The notes below the pieces were generated by a model. It was not told the DNA's origin, ran no database searches, and saw nothing but the letters and a program-made list of their open reading frames with translations. A stretch of 63,974 nucleotides of DNA, counting the filler, from Intoshia linei (Eukaryota; Animalia; Orthonectida), in NCBI GenBank assembly GCA_001642005.1. It is 5 parts of 5 records of this genome, joined end to end, with 100 filler letters (N's around TTAATTAATTAA, not from the genome) between each part and the next. Parts side by side here need not be neighbours in the genome. Positions count along the whole stretch, not along the records: positions 26,501 to 38,808 come from LWCA01001089.1; positions 38,909 to 56,265 come from LWCA01000807.1; 3 more parts are not named here. The stretch is one strand, 5' to 3'. Shown here in pieces: positions 26,627 to 39,408 of the stretch; positions within the stretch are counted from its first letter, which is position 1; every line of letters starts with the position of its first letter. A program made the position numbers and the translations under genes.

Positions 26627-28898
26627 ATACCGTTATCAAAAGAAACTAAAGAAAATACGGCATTCTCAGTGGCACCTACTGGAACTTTGTATCAGTTCAA
26701 AGTTATGCCATTTGAGCTGGTAAATGGGCCGGCAACTTGTCAAAGGATAATAGATGGAGTATTAAAACAATTGAGTTTTACGTCCGCGTATATGGAAAAT
26801 ATCATTATTGCATCTACATCTTTGTCACGACATCAAAAGCATTTGTCGATATTTTTTGATAGGTTAAAATTGAAAGGGTTGACTTTGAAAGCATCGAAAT
26901 GTCACATTGGTTTGACAAATGTTCATTTTTTGGGGCACATCATCAACGGAAACGGTATTAGGGTTGATTTAGAAAAAGTCAGTGTGATTAAGGACATGAG
27001 ACCTCCAATAAACGTTAAAGAAGTCCAAAGATTTTTGAATACAACCAATTACCATCGTCGTTTCATCAAAGATTTTTCAGCTATTGCAGAACCTCTGAAC
27101 AAACTATTATGGAATGAGGAGTGCGATATTTCATTTAATAAATTATTTTCTTCGTTTTCGAGACAGACGCTTCGGATAAAGGGCTGGGAGTTGTACTGTC
27201 GCAAGATAATCGCCCAATTGAATATGCAAGTAGGTCGTTGAACTCAGCTGAAAGAAATTATAGTACCTTCGACAGAGAATCTCTTGCTGTTATGTATGGA
27301 GTTAACAGATTAACAGATTTAAGCACTATCTACTGGGAAAACAATTTATTATCTTAACGGATCATAACCCATTAACATTTCTATCTTTTGCATCAAAATT
27401 AACTGTAATGAAATTCAGATGGTTTCTGGATTTGCTAAACTATTATTTTATCATTAAATATCGTCCAGGTCTCTTAAATAAAATGGCCAATCAGTTGTCC
27501 AGGTGTTGTAGTATAATACACGATTCAGATGATCTGGACATAGCATTACTTCAAAACCAAGATCTGCATTGTAAAGAAATATTAAAAAAATTGAAATCTC
27601 AAATACCTATATCCAAGTCGAATAAATTAGATAAAAACTTAAGAAAATATTATGTATTTAATAATATTTTATATTATAAATCAATTAAATCAGGTAATTT
27701 GATAGTAGCACCTCATTATTTACGGAAAAAGCTCATTTTCAAGATACACTGTGGTCCACAAGTTTGTCACCCAGGAATTAGAAGCGTTGTATCAATTATA
27801 TCACGTTCATTTTATTGTGTTGGACTAGAAGCTGCGGTTTAAAAGTTTATTAGATTTTGCAAAACATGCAATGAACAGAAAACGGGCAGATTACACCATA
27901 ATGTACCTTTAAAACAACAAAATTTAATGGTTTTAATGATTTGTGGCAATTAGACTTCGCAGGACCTTTCCCAGAATCAAATAACTACAAAAAGTATTTG
28001 TTTGTAATGATCGACCATTTTAATAGATTATATTATATAAATTATTCCAATAGAAAATATGACAGCAGAAACTGTTATTGAGCATATAAAATATAATATT
28101 ATAGCTCGGTATGGTGTGCCATCACGTATACACACAGACTGCGGTACACAGTTCAAATCTAAATTAGTACACCAATTATGTAAAGATTATGATATTAAAA
28201 AAACTTACTCTACTCTTTACTGTCATTAAAGTGTAGGACACGTGGAAAGGTTGAATAGTACTATTAAAGACAAATTGAGATGCGTATGTATAAACGACTT
28301 TTCAAATTGGTGCGAGGTTATACCAAACATTATAATGGAGTTAAGAAATACACCAACAGAGCGTAACTTTGTTTCTCCAGCTCAAATTATACTTGGTCGC
28401 AATATTTCATTACCATTTATACCTCAATCTTATATAAAATCCCAATCGAATACGGAAAGATTCAGTACATACTGCTAAAAATCATAGAAAACCACTCAAC
28501 AACCGGGTTAAGCGCAATTATGACAAAACAGTACCCAATAAACCTACATACCATTATCAAAATTATATTCCAAATTGGTTTTTTACTGGTAAATTTAAAC
28601 AACCATTTGTTCCACGATTCTCAATTACTTGTGATAACATCAGATCCACCTGCGGATATTACGGATAGGTATATAGATCCACTGTCTAGCAATGAAATGG
28701 TAAAAGGCAGATTATTATCTGATTCCAGTAATAGTTCAGATATACAAAACGAGGATAAGTCTCCTCTCCCTACCAGGTGGAGACGTTTTCTTAAAAAATA
28801 TGATTATTTCTATACCGAAACCGATTATGCGGATTCTCCTTAACTGATTAAAAATGTATTAACTTCCCCAACACCTCGTAAAATGACTGAGGGGGAGG
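26627..28898 (+). mobile_element. Decayed Ty3/Gypsy retrotransposon pol (RT-RNaseH-integrase), 5'-truncated
   Basis: TAF...YQFKVMPF...NGPATCQR; YMEN in place of YxDD; frameshifted QTDAS RNaseH; HHCC zinc finger; integrase WQLDFAGP / HTDCGTQF / VERLNSTIK; purine tract GAGGGGGAGG at 28889-28898. Several frameshifts and stops. Confidence 0.9.
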
Positions 28899-31800
28899 TT
28901 TAGCGTTAAACTAACTTCACTCTTAGTAACGAATTACTATATTATCAATCAAATCATTTTATCTCGTGCATTTTGAAATCAATAACAGAAACTTCAAAAT
29001 ATATTTTTCTGTACATTAAATTTTTTATTAATTGATTTATACTTAAATTAATAAACTCACATTACAGTAAGATAAAAACATAAAATATTTGAAATGAGGT
29101 AACTATTCATTTTAAAAATAATAAATATGTATATATTGTGGTTAACTACAAAAATACCACTAAAAATACCCAAAAAAATAAAAAGTTTGAATGTAGGTAA
29201 CTATCCAATCAACAAAAATGATATATACTGTGGCTAATGTCGGAGTTGGTCGTAACTGTACTGTAACCTACCACTCAAAATACGTTAACCATTCTATGTT
29301 TGGAAAAAAAAATTTTTTTTTGTATAATTATTTGAACGGTAACTATCGGATATATTATTAAAATTTACATTTTTTTACACAAAAAAAACGTTGAGAACCT
29401 CTGGTATTTATTGTATGTGTTAAAACATCACATGCAATATCAGTTGACTCGTAAATTATAAGAGAAAACTTTAAATTGATTAAATTCTTTGTAGTGTGAT
29501 GTTCATGAAATATGGTGATGAGTATTTGATTCTACATAATCACAGGTGTATTTCCGTTATGGCAATTTCTTATACCCATAAATGGATCAATGGATTTGAT
29601 AGAAGTAAGGCAAGTAGCATAAATGCATAATAGAGTGTTAAATGTCACAAATTTTCTTAATTAAAAAAAAGTATATTTGAGTATTTGGGTTTTTTGCTAT
29701 GCTGAACAAAATGGTAAAATAAAAATTTTATTTTGTAAAAAAAAACGTATGAAAAAAAAGTTTTTACCGCAACAATTAACTTTAATATCTCCTCATACTA
29801 TCTACTTATACTACACTATCTACTTCCGTTAATTGTTGATACAAAATTGATATTTTTTACTCATCAAAAGCAAATACTGTATATACACGATACCAGAAAA
29901 TATTGGTTTATTTACAATTTTATTTTTTGCTGAAATTTAAGCTATTTATAAAAATTTTTAGAATTGACTGTTTTGACTTTATTTTTTAGATAATACATTC
30001 AGTGTCTCGTTTGATTTTGTTTTTAAAATTATGTGGGAATAATTATTAACCGTAATGTCACAATGAAAACGGCTTGGTCGACCGTGTTCATTTTAATCAT
30101 TCGTGAAAAATTTAGAATTATGATTAACGAAGTTTTAATAGCGATCAGACAAGCAGAATTTTCTCATAACCGCCTTTCATCATTAGAAGAGTATTGGAAT
30201 ATTTAAATTCAAATAAACTAAGTATTTACAAATAGAGTATTTTATCTCGAAAAACTCTCCGATAGACAAATAAAAGAGGGGTAAATGCAATGTAGAATAT
30301 ATACATTTGCAAAATGAAGAATTCAATCAATTAAGTTTTATTTTTAAAATGGTATTAAACCATATATGATATTTTTAATATGTTCCTACAGTGTAATTGT
30401 TCATTTCTAAAATAAATAATATAAAATTTACACAATTCACAATAACAACACTAGGGTGTTTCATACTTTCGAAATTTCATAATTATTGAAAACTTTAAAT
30501 TCAAACTAATTAATTTATATAAAAACTTCGTTGCCCCAAATGAAGGAAGTTTTTAATATAAAAATTCAAAATAATAAATAAAATAAACTTATATTTTGTT
30601 TTTTATTTAGTTAAACACCATAAACTTTTTTTGTAATGTTATTGTTAAACTTAAAAACCCTTGTAAATTAATTTAAGTAATAAATTAACCCCTATGAAAA
30701 TTGTTTATTAATTATATTTTAAAAAGGGATTTTTGATAAGCGATAATTATTTTAAAATTAAAATTTTATAGTTAAATTTATAATAATTTTAATCAGATTA
30801 TAATTATAATCAAAAAAAAAATCTAAAAATCTATATATACAGTGAACGACAGCTAACTCGATAGAACTTTAAAATCTTTGTTGTTCATTATTTTCTTAAA
30901 TTTAATAATGTATCATAATTACTGAATTATTAAATGTATGTATTATTTAAAAAATAATAATATTCCCCGTATCTAAAATCATATACATACCTTCACACAG
31001 CATAGTGTCAGCAACTAGCACCCAGCTACAATTTTTTGATACACAATCTGATTCATTTCTGGCAGACATACAATTTTCTAAAAAATAAAAATATCACTGA
31101 TGTTAAGGAATTGTACCGAGATTTTTAATATATTTATATTCGTCTATCTTAGAGTTCTGCAACACGTGTCGAACACGACGTGTTAAAACTTTTTTTATAT
31201 TTCGTGCTCGTATTCGGATAGTGTTTAAAAAATTTTTATATTCGTGTTTTAGTCGTGTTTGGGTATTTACAAAATTTAAATATTTATTATCTAATTAAAA
31301 TTAATATTCCATCAATTTAAAAAAACACCATTTTTCAAGATGCACTATCGGAAATGTTATTTTTCGAACTTAGTCCTTCAAGATCAATAACCCAATTCCC
31401 CCTTATTTTATAAATAAAATCATCCCTCAAATTATAAAAAATATATATTCAAAAGCGTTCGAAGGCCATAACATTGTCACAAATCTCAATCTCAGAAATT
31501 TCTCCATTGTTTAAAAATGAAAATGTTCTAAAACTTTATAAAACATAAATTATGAGATAATTTTTAAAATCATGAGCATTATCATAAATTCCAACCTCAA
31601 TCAAGTGCATTTTAACTGTCAAAACATCTTACTCTTTTTTTAAAAAATGAAAATAGTCTTAGAATTTTAAAAAAAATTACAACTCATAAATTTACATAAA
31701 TGTACTTCCATTTAACAATATAATTATTATGATAACACAACGGTGCGCCTTCACGTCAAAAAAAGCACTTTGGTATTCATTTTTTTGGTAACTATTTAAA

Positions 31801-31982
31801 TAAAACAAAATATTTAATAATTAATTTAATTGAGAATAAAATTAAGTGGGAATGATTCACTTTAAATTAAAATATGATGTGAAATTCAACTTTAGAAACC
31901 ACTCATTTATATGATTGACGATAGTGACTGTATAATTTTTAGGTAACATTTTATTATTGAATTAATTTTTATGGTAGAATTA

Positions 31983-32045
31983 AAAATGTTCGCCCTCGGT
32001 AGAGTTAACACGCTGTTTGTAAGAAGTACATAATGGTCAAGCTAG
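31983..32045 (+). mobile_element. 3' end of an older, diverged Helitron copy (body roughly 31340-32045)
   Basis: GCCCTCGGTAGAG...CTGTTTGTAAGAAGTACATAATGGTCAAGCTAG|T. Confidence 0.65.
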
Positions 32046-33222
32046 TATACGTAAAAAATGTAAAAATAAAATGGAGATACCTTTGCAATAATTATATAAA
32101 AAATCCCACATGCAGTCATTATTATTACAATTTATTTCAGTTGTGTGTGTATAACATCGATCTATTTAAATAAATTTAATTAACAATATTAAATATTATA
32201 CAAAAATGTATATTAATAAGGTGTTAAAATTTTTTTAAAACAAAATCCAGGGTACTATAAAATTAAAAATAAAATTCTTAGCTTGTTGGTGTCATTCGAT
32301 GGTGTCACTAATTTTTAAAAACATCATGTTTAATGTTTTCAAATAAGAACCATAGAAACACCTAGTAACGAAAAAACATACTAACTCAGTATTCTAGTGT
32401 TGTTTTATATAAATTGTCGTGTAGTTAAAGTGTTAATAGAGGTGGACACAGATAGATTATTAATGAATAGTTAAAGTTTAAAAATTCTTAATCATTCATT
32501 ATAACAGTAATAACGTACATGATGTCGAAGCAATCAAATGGGTGCATTACTAATCAATTACATTAATTCCCTGCTATCGGTAACACCGTGAACATGAAAA
32601 TTTACCTTGCATAAATAAAACTATAAGTAACAACTTTTTTCGGATGAATCAGTATCACAAAAATTTATATAAATAATAAATCTTGAAAAAAACAACATTT
32701 AAAAGGGTTATTATGTGTTGGCCAAATTCATTGTAATTTGTTCCCAACCGTATATTTTTGTTATATTTATCAGGGTTGTTAAGGGTGAGCCAAATTTAAT
32801 GACAAAAATTTTGAAATTTTTTTGATCAAAAAATAGACATTTAACAACTATTAAAAATAATACATGATTATGAACTGTTTATTAAGTATTTTTAAAGTAT
32901 TAATTAAATTTAGATAAATTTTTTTAGCTGTCAAATATGACGGCAAAAATACATTTAACAGCAAATAATTAGATTTGACTGACTTTCATTTATTGTTAAT
33001 GATAAATATAGCTACTTAATCACAATTTTAAATCAATCTCTAGATAGAAAATTATTGAAATCATAAATAACTATTTAACGAATCTGGAATATTCACAACA
33101 AATCCGGTGTCTTGGTTTGGAGAATATTTTTGTCTGCTGACTATTATGAAAATCACTACTTTAGATTTAATCTTTATTTAATTTTTTTTAACAAAACGAA
33201 AATTGGGTTTTGACCCTAAGGA

Positions 33223-35975
33223 CAGGGTTGCCAACATTAATTATTCTCAACCCGGAGTTTTGAGCGAAGCTGAATGAAGCATGGTTAAAGCGCAACAAAG
33301 CGTGATATAGTGAAGCTCAGCGAAGCGTGAAAGAATTAATTAGAGATAGATTATAAAATAAATGTCACGTAAAGAATTAATGTCATAAAAATCAAAAATG
33401 ATAAAATAAAACCGACAAATTTATCGCTCGAGTAGAGTTATAAGAACGAGATAAAACATCCGCGGTAAAATTGAATTTTCCAGGTTTATAACATAATTCG
33501 TAATCCAATTCATCCAAATACAATACCCATCGAACTAACTCACTGGGAAGATTTTTAAATGTTCTCATATAAACTAATGGATTGTGATCCGTATATATCT
33601 TAGTATGAAGACCACTTATAAATCTCTTAAATACTCGATACCTCTACCATTTTGTAGCAAGACAGCTCTAATGCCAACATTAGAGGCATCTGTTTCAATA
33701 ATAAAAGTTAAATTTTTCTCTGGAATAGCGAGTAAAGGTGCAGATTGATATGATTTCTTCAGTGCAGTAAACGATTTTTCCTGTTCTTCATTCCAATGGA
33801 ATTTAACATTGTTTTTCAATAACTTGGTCATCGGTTCTGAAATTTCTGCGAAGTGATTTATGAACCTCGTATAAAAAGAACACATACTTAAAAAGCTGCG
33901 TAACTTTTTTTTGGTTGTAAATTTGATAATTAAATTGATAGCATCAGTTTTTGAAGGATCAATTTTAATTCCGTTAGGGTTAACCATATGACCTAATATT
34001 TTTATTTCAGTTTAACTATCATACATTTAATTGGTTTGACATAAAATTTGCTTTTCGTAATGCGGACAAGACATTGTTTAAATCTATCTTATGTTCTTTA
34101 ACAGAATTTAAAGCTATAATGATGTCATCTAAGTAAACAATTACATTATTTATGCCTTTTAAAACTTTGTCCATAACACGTTGACATGTCGCCGGTGCAT
34201 TAGACAATCCTTGAGGCATAACGTTATATTGGTAAAATTTGTCTCCAAATGATGTAGAAAATGCCGTTTTCAAACAATCTGATTTTTTTAAAAGAATTTG
34301 CCAAAATCCATTGTTTAAATTAAAAATATCTGTTTATTTCCAAGAAAATCAATGCATTCCTTTAAATCAGGTCCAGGATATCTATCTTTAATAGTTGCCC
34401 TGTTCAATTCTCTAAAATCTACAACCATTCTATGAGAACCTTTTTTTTATTAAAAAATATCGTGAATTAAAACTACTAACACTGGGTTCGATTACATTCA
34501 TTTTTAAGGCATTATCTATAATTTCACGATGATTATCACGTTGGTTGATTGATATTGGAAATGACTTTGCACTTTTTAATATAGTACTAAGGTCTAATGA
34601 TATGGAATGTGCATATGTTTTAGCAAGACCCATATTATTACAAATAACATCTGGGTACATAGAAATAACAAAATTAAAATAATTATTAGAATCAAAATTT
34701 TTATTTTTAATAAATCGATTAATGTTTATCAGTTTCAATCCAATGGCGTCTGGGCATCCTATGATATTTTGAGTATTTGTAACATAAAATTTCATTGAAT
34801 CTAAGCCGTTTAAAAGATATAATACTACCGTCCCATAAAATTTTAATTTTGTTCCATCTGCAGAAAAAAGAATGTCATTACTAAGTATTATATGTACATT
34901 TTTAATTTTTTTTAATGAATTCTTATTTATACAATTTACATGGGATCCAGAATCAATGATAAATAATAAAATTACCTTGAACTCATCATTTATAAATTCA
35001 AGAGGTTGTTCAATTTTCCAGATGTTTGTTTGTAAACTGCCCTTATCTGTTTGTTAGGCATCAATTTTTGTTTCTCATCTCATCTGCAATATTTGGCTAA
35101 ATGTCCTGTTTTATTGCAATTATGACATTGTAAATTTGTCTTATCATTGTAATTATTGTATATAAAATTATTTGACATTTCTTTAGATAAAGTGAATCAT
35201 TTGTAATTAATTCAGTTTCAATAGCCGCATTATTAATTCCAAATAGCAATTAGTCTCGAATGCGTTCATCAATATCCATAAACTTACATTTGTTTGCATG
35301 TATATATAATCTGGAAATAAATGTAGACGCTGATTTATTATTACGCCTGATGCATTGTTGAAATTTCTTTCTATTTGAGGAAATATTTTCTGACTTCCAT
35401 GAAGTAATTTCGTTTTTATAACTACTAAAAGTTTTTACTTCTGAATTCTTTAGGCGATTCCGCGCCACTTTGCCAATACTTAGTTTAAGAATAGATATTT
35501 TTTTCTCTTCTTCAATTTTGTCTTGGGTCAGCATTAAAGGTCAAACTTTTCAATCCAATCGCATGGGTCAATATTTAAATTTCCCGAATCTATAATCATT
35601 GTGGGTAAATTCATTGAAAACTTTTCCATTGTTTAAAGATATTTTGTAATGTTTAGATGATATAAATATCTTAGATATGGTTTATTCACAATAAAATAAC
35701 TTTAAGACGATAATAGGATATATTGTTGTTATAATAACATTAAGTTTAACATAACATCATTACAGTTACTAAGTAATAAAATAAAATTAAATGCTAACAC
35801 TAAGAGTCTTTCACCATAAAGAAAAAAATTATAGAATATAAATAAAATATGTCTGATGTGATGATTTTGATTGAAATAATTAAATTACCCTGAAAAATAT
35901 CACTTAACCCTGAGCCCTGAGTTGAATTAGCAAACCAGAATTCTCAGGTGGAAAATAAAGCAATTGGCAACCCTG
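33223..35975 (-). mobile_element. TIR-bounded element (8-bp TSD, hAT-like ends) carrying Ty3/Gypsy gag-PR-RT-RNaseH
   Basis: CCTAAGGA|CAGGGTTGCCAA (33223-33234) ... TTGGCAACCCTG (35964-35975)|CCTAAGGA. Confidence 0.9.
33420..35629 (-). pseudogene. Ty3/Gypsy gag-pol lacking integrase (frameshifted)
   Basis: gag-like ORF; zinc knuckle CHNCNKTGHLAKYC; protease FIIDSGS; RT NAPATCQR / YLDD; RNaseH ETDAS...YTDHNPL...YKPGK.N..ADVLSR. Homology stops after this. Confidence 0.9.
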
Positions 35976-36149
35976 CCTAAGGACTCAAATTCTGATACTA
36001 AAATATAGATAAAAACGCGTCCTGGGAAAAATTGTATTAGAAATTGGGTTTTTTTAAATCATGCGACTGTCAATTTTTTCAATAAATGGTTATGCACACT
36101 GTGCATTTTGCATTGCACACACATACAAACTCACACAGACGTTCATTTT

Positions 36150-36935
36150 AATACTTACTTATGTAATGCGATTTGTTTGTCTGTATGTATGTGTTATCGT
36201 TTATTTCAATAACTACCAGTCTTAAAATTTTATAAAGTCCACATTATTATTACAGTTTTTTTCGAGGGTGAAAGCAAAATAATTTTTAACATCCGAAACT
36301 TACATCATACGGATCAAAAAGCCCAATTATCCTTTTTTTTGAAAATCAAACGAGTTTGTTTTTGACTATATACACTCTAATATGAATATTATTATCATAA
36401 ACATTGTGATAAATTTAAATTTAAAAAAAATATATCTTCAGAACTAAAACACCAAATTACCTTTTTTTAAATGAAAAAAGCCCTAAAATTTAAAAAAAAA
36501 TTACAATTTGTACAGTTGTATCCTGTTAACACATATAAAAAATTTCAATATGAATAAGTGACGCCTTCACGGTCAAAAAAAGACTTTAGTATTCATATAT
36601 TTTTTTTCCAAAATATTTTATGAAAACAAAAAATGTGAAATAATTAATTGTCCGAAAATTAAAAAAAAAATATTCGGATAGAGATTATTCCAGTTGATAT
36701 AAATACATAATTTCAACCCCAGAAATCTACGCATTCCCGGTAAAAAAAATTTTTAATATATTTTCAACCATTATTTTTCAAATATTTCGATTAAAATAGA
36801 AATTGAAAATGTAAATATTGATCCTACAATTTCAAAAAAATGTGATTTGAACATCTAAACATTTCCAATATATAAATATGGATGAAAATTTATATAATCC
36901 ATTCCTTCGGAATTTTTTTTATTGCTACGCAATTT
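36150..36935 (+). mobile_element. Helitron copy (ends degraded)
   Basis: Colinear with 21905-22780. Confidence 0.8.
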
Positions 36936-38239
36936 TCCAATGTCAAATTCTCATTTTCAAAACATTTTGTTTAAAATTTAAATTATGACATTCATGAAAA
37001 TATTACATTATTAGGAATTAAAATCAATAAAGATATATTTTGGGTGGATCAAAACGTGTCTCAAATTGCTAGGATGGTTAAAATAAGTAATCATTTTAAC
37101 AATAATGGCTAAACACATGCGGGGTAAATTCGAAAAAGACAGACTGAAAAGAAATAATTTTCCGGAAATTAAAATTCTTTGAAATCTAGCGTACTCAGTT
37201 AGAAACGAAACACTATATCACTGGAAAGAATAAAATTTACAAATGCTGTTCAAAAAGGAAATGAAGGCTTTCGTCAGTAATGTTTACGAAAGGCCATCAT
37301 TATGTGATTTTGGATTTAATAATAAAATCAAGAATTCGTGATTAATTTGTGTACAGCTAATTGTGTACATAAAAATTACACTGAAAATTGTCTTAATAGT
37401 ATAAGTTAAATTTAATTTATATTAATATGTCTTAAATTTGGAAAACCTTCAAGGATTCAAAAAATTTCGGAAACACTAACCATGGGCCTCAATGTGTATA
37501 TAATATTTGAAATAAAACATAATTACCATGGCACATATTAGAAACTGTACTCCACTTACAACCCTTGCTATCGCAGTCAAGTTGATAGTTGGTTCCATAG
37601 CATTGTTCTTAATATTAAAATTATGTACTATATTATAAAAATACAATATATCCCGTAATTAAATTATAATTATTTAATATCAATATTAGATAATCTAGTG
37701 TATTTTTCGATCTCGTTACATTTGTATAGACTTAATAGATTATTATATATCTAAAATTTTAATCAAAACCTTAAACTCATTCATTTGCATTATTTATAAT
37801 TATTTATTTGATTTATAAAAATTTGAATTTGACGGTTGATAATAAATTTAAAGTTGAATAAAATTAATTTAACTTTAAATGTTATTATTTGATAAATTAA
37901 CTTAACTGATGCTATAACCTTTTAATTTGAGCACAAATATATGTATTGTTGCTAGACGTAATAAATTTCCTTCAAATTAAATAAAAGTATTGTCTAATTA
38001 CTTTCTATTGACTACTATTGTATTTATTTGATGATAGAATTTACAATTTGATGTTAAGTCACTTTATTTAATGCTACTTGATTATAATATTTATTTTATT
38101 TTATATGCATTTTATAGTTTTTCATGAATATAAATTTTAATGAAAATATTAAGAAATTAAAGTGAATGACGATAGTTCTAAAACATAAAAAAATTGTATT
38201 ACACACATTTATTTCTACAATGTAATAAATTTTAATTCT

Positions 38240-38808
38240 CCTGTCTTCAAAACACCAAACTAACCTTCTGCCACATAGATAAAAAGATGTTACAAAAATA
38301 TTTCTTTCACATTTAATTTCTTCGAGAACACGTAGTATGTTCTCTACCAGTAGTATTATATATGAGCCCTAGGACGAACATTTTTCAGTCGTGCTTTTAT
38401 CACACTAAACAAGTTCTCAATGGGATTCAAATCAGGGCTATATGGAGGTAAAAATATTTGTTCAACGTTTTCTCTTCGTAGAAATTCTAGAATTTCAGAA
38501 CAATGGTGAAAACGTACATTGTCCATAACAACGATTGGTCTGTTATCAAATACATTATTGGTTTTACAATTATTCAAAAATTTAAGAAATTTTTCTCTAT
38601 TAAAGGATCCCTCGCATAACTCGTAGTACTCTAGTCCGCCATTGGATATTATTCCACACATCGATATGTTTTTACCCTTAGAGGCAAGTTGGTACAGAAT
38701 TTGATCAGTATTCACATTTGAATATCCATAGTTTATGGAGGTATGTAAATTATTACCACTTTCATCCAAAAATAGGATTTTTCTGGCTCCATATTGTACC
38801 AATTTGTC
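38240..38808 (-). mobile_element. IS630/Tc1-superfamily DD34E transposase, catalytic part (5' end lost in the gap)
   Basis: FLDESG...VMDNVRFH...FLPPYSPDLNPIEN, with 34 residues counted between the second D and E. Confidence 0.9.
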
Positions 38809-38907
38809 NNNNNNNNNNNNNNNNNNNNNNNNNNNNNNNNNNNNNNNNNNNNTTAATTAATTAANNNNNNNNNNNNNNNNNNNNNNNNNNNNNNNNNNNN
38901 NNNNNNN

Positions 38908-39408
38908 NTTTTTTAATTTTCGGACGGTTAATTATTTCACATTTTTTGTTTTAATAAAATATATGAATACTAAAAAGCTTTTTTGACCGTGAAAGCTTCA
39001 CTTGTTCAGATTGAAATTTTTTGTTTGTGTTAACAGGATACAACTGTACCGCCTGTAAATTTTGTGAAATTCTAGGGCTATTTGCATTAAAAAAAAAGGG
39101 TGATTTGGAGTTTTGGCCTTGAAGATTTTTTTTAAATTTAAATTTATGATAATGTTTATGATTTTAAAATTCATATCAGCGTATACTTTTTTTTAATTCT
39201 CCAACTTGTTTGATTTTCAAAAAGAAGGACAATTGGATTTTTGATTCGTAAGATGTGAGTTTGGGAGATTGAAATTTATCTTATTATATCCCCGGATACA
39301 ACTGTAATTGAAATATGGACTTTATAAAATTCTAAGACTGGTAGTTATTTCAATAAAGTGGAACACACACACAAACAAATATTGCGTAGCATATTATATT
39401 AGTAAGGA
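38908..39408 (-). mobile_element. Helitron 5' half ending at the gap
   Basis: Reverse complement starts TCCTTACTAATATAATATGCTACGCAA. Confidence 0.8.

Noticed and set aside
35800-35820. Possible primer-binding site (TGGTGAAAGACTC on the minus strand) upstream of gag
   Set aside because: Not preceded by a CA LTR end, no tRNA match could be verified, and there is no second LTR.
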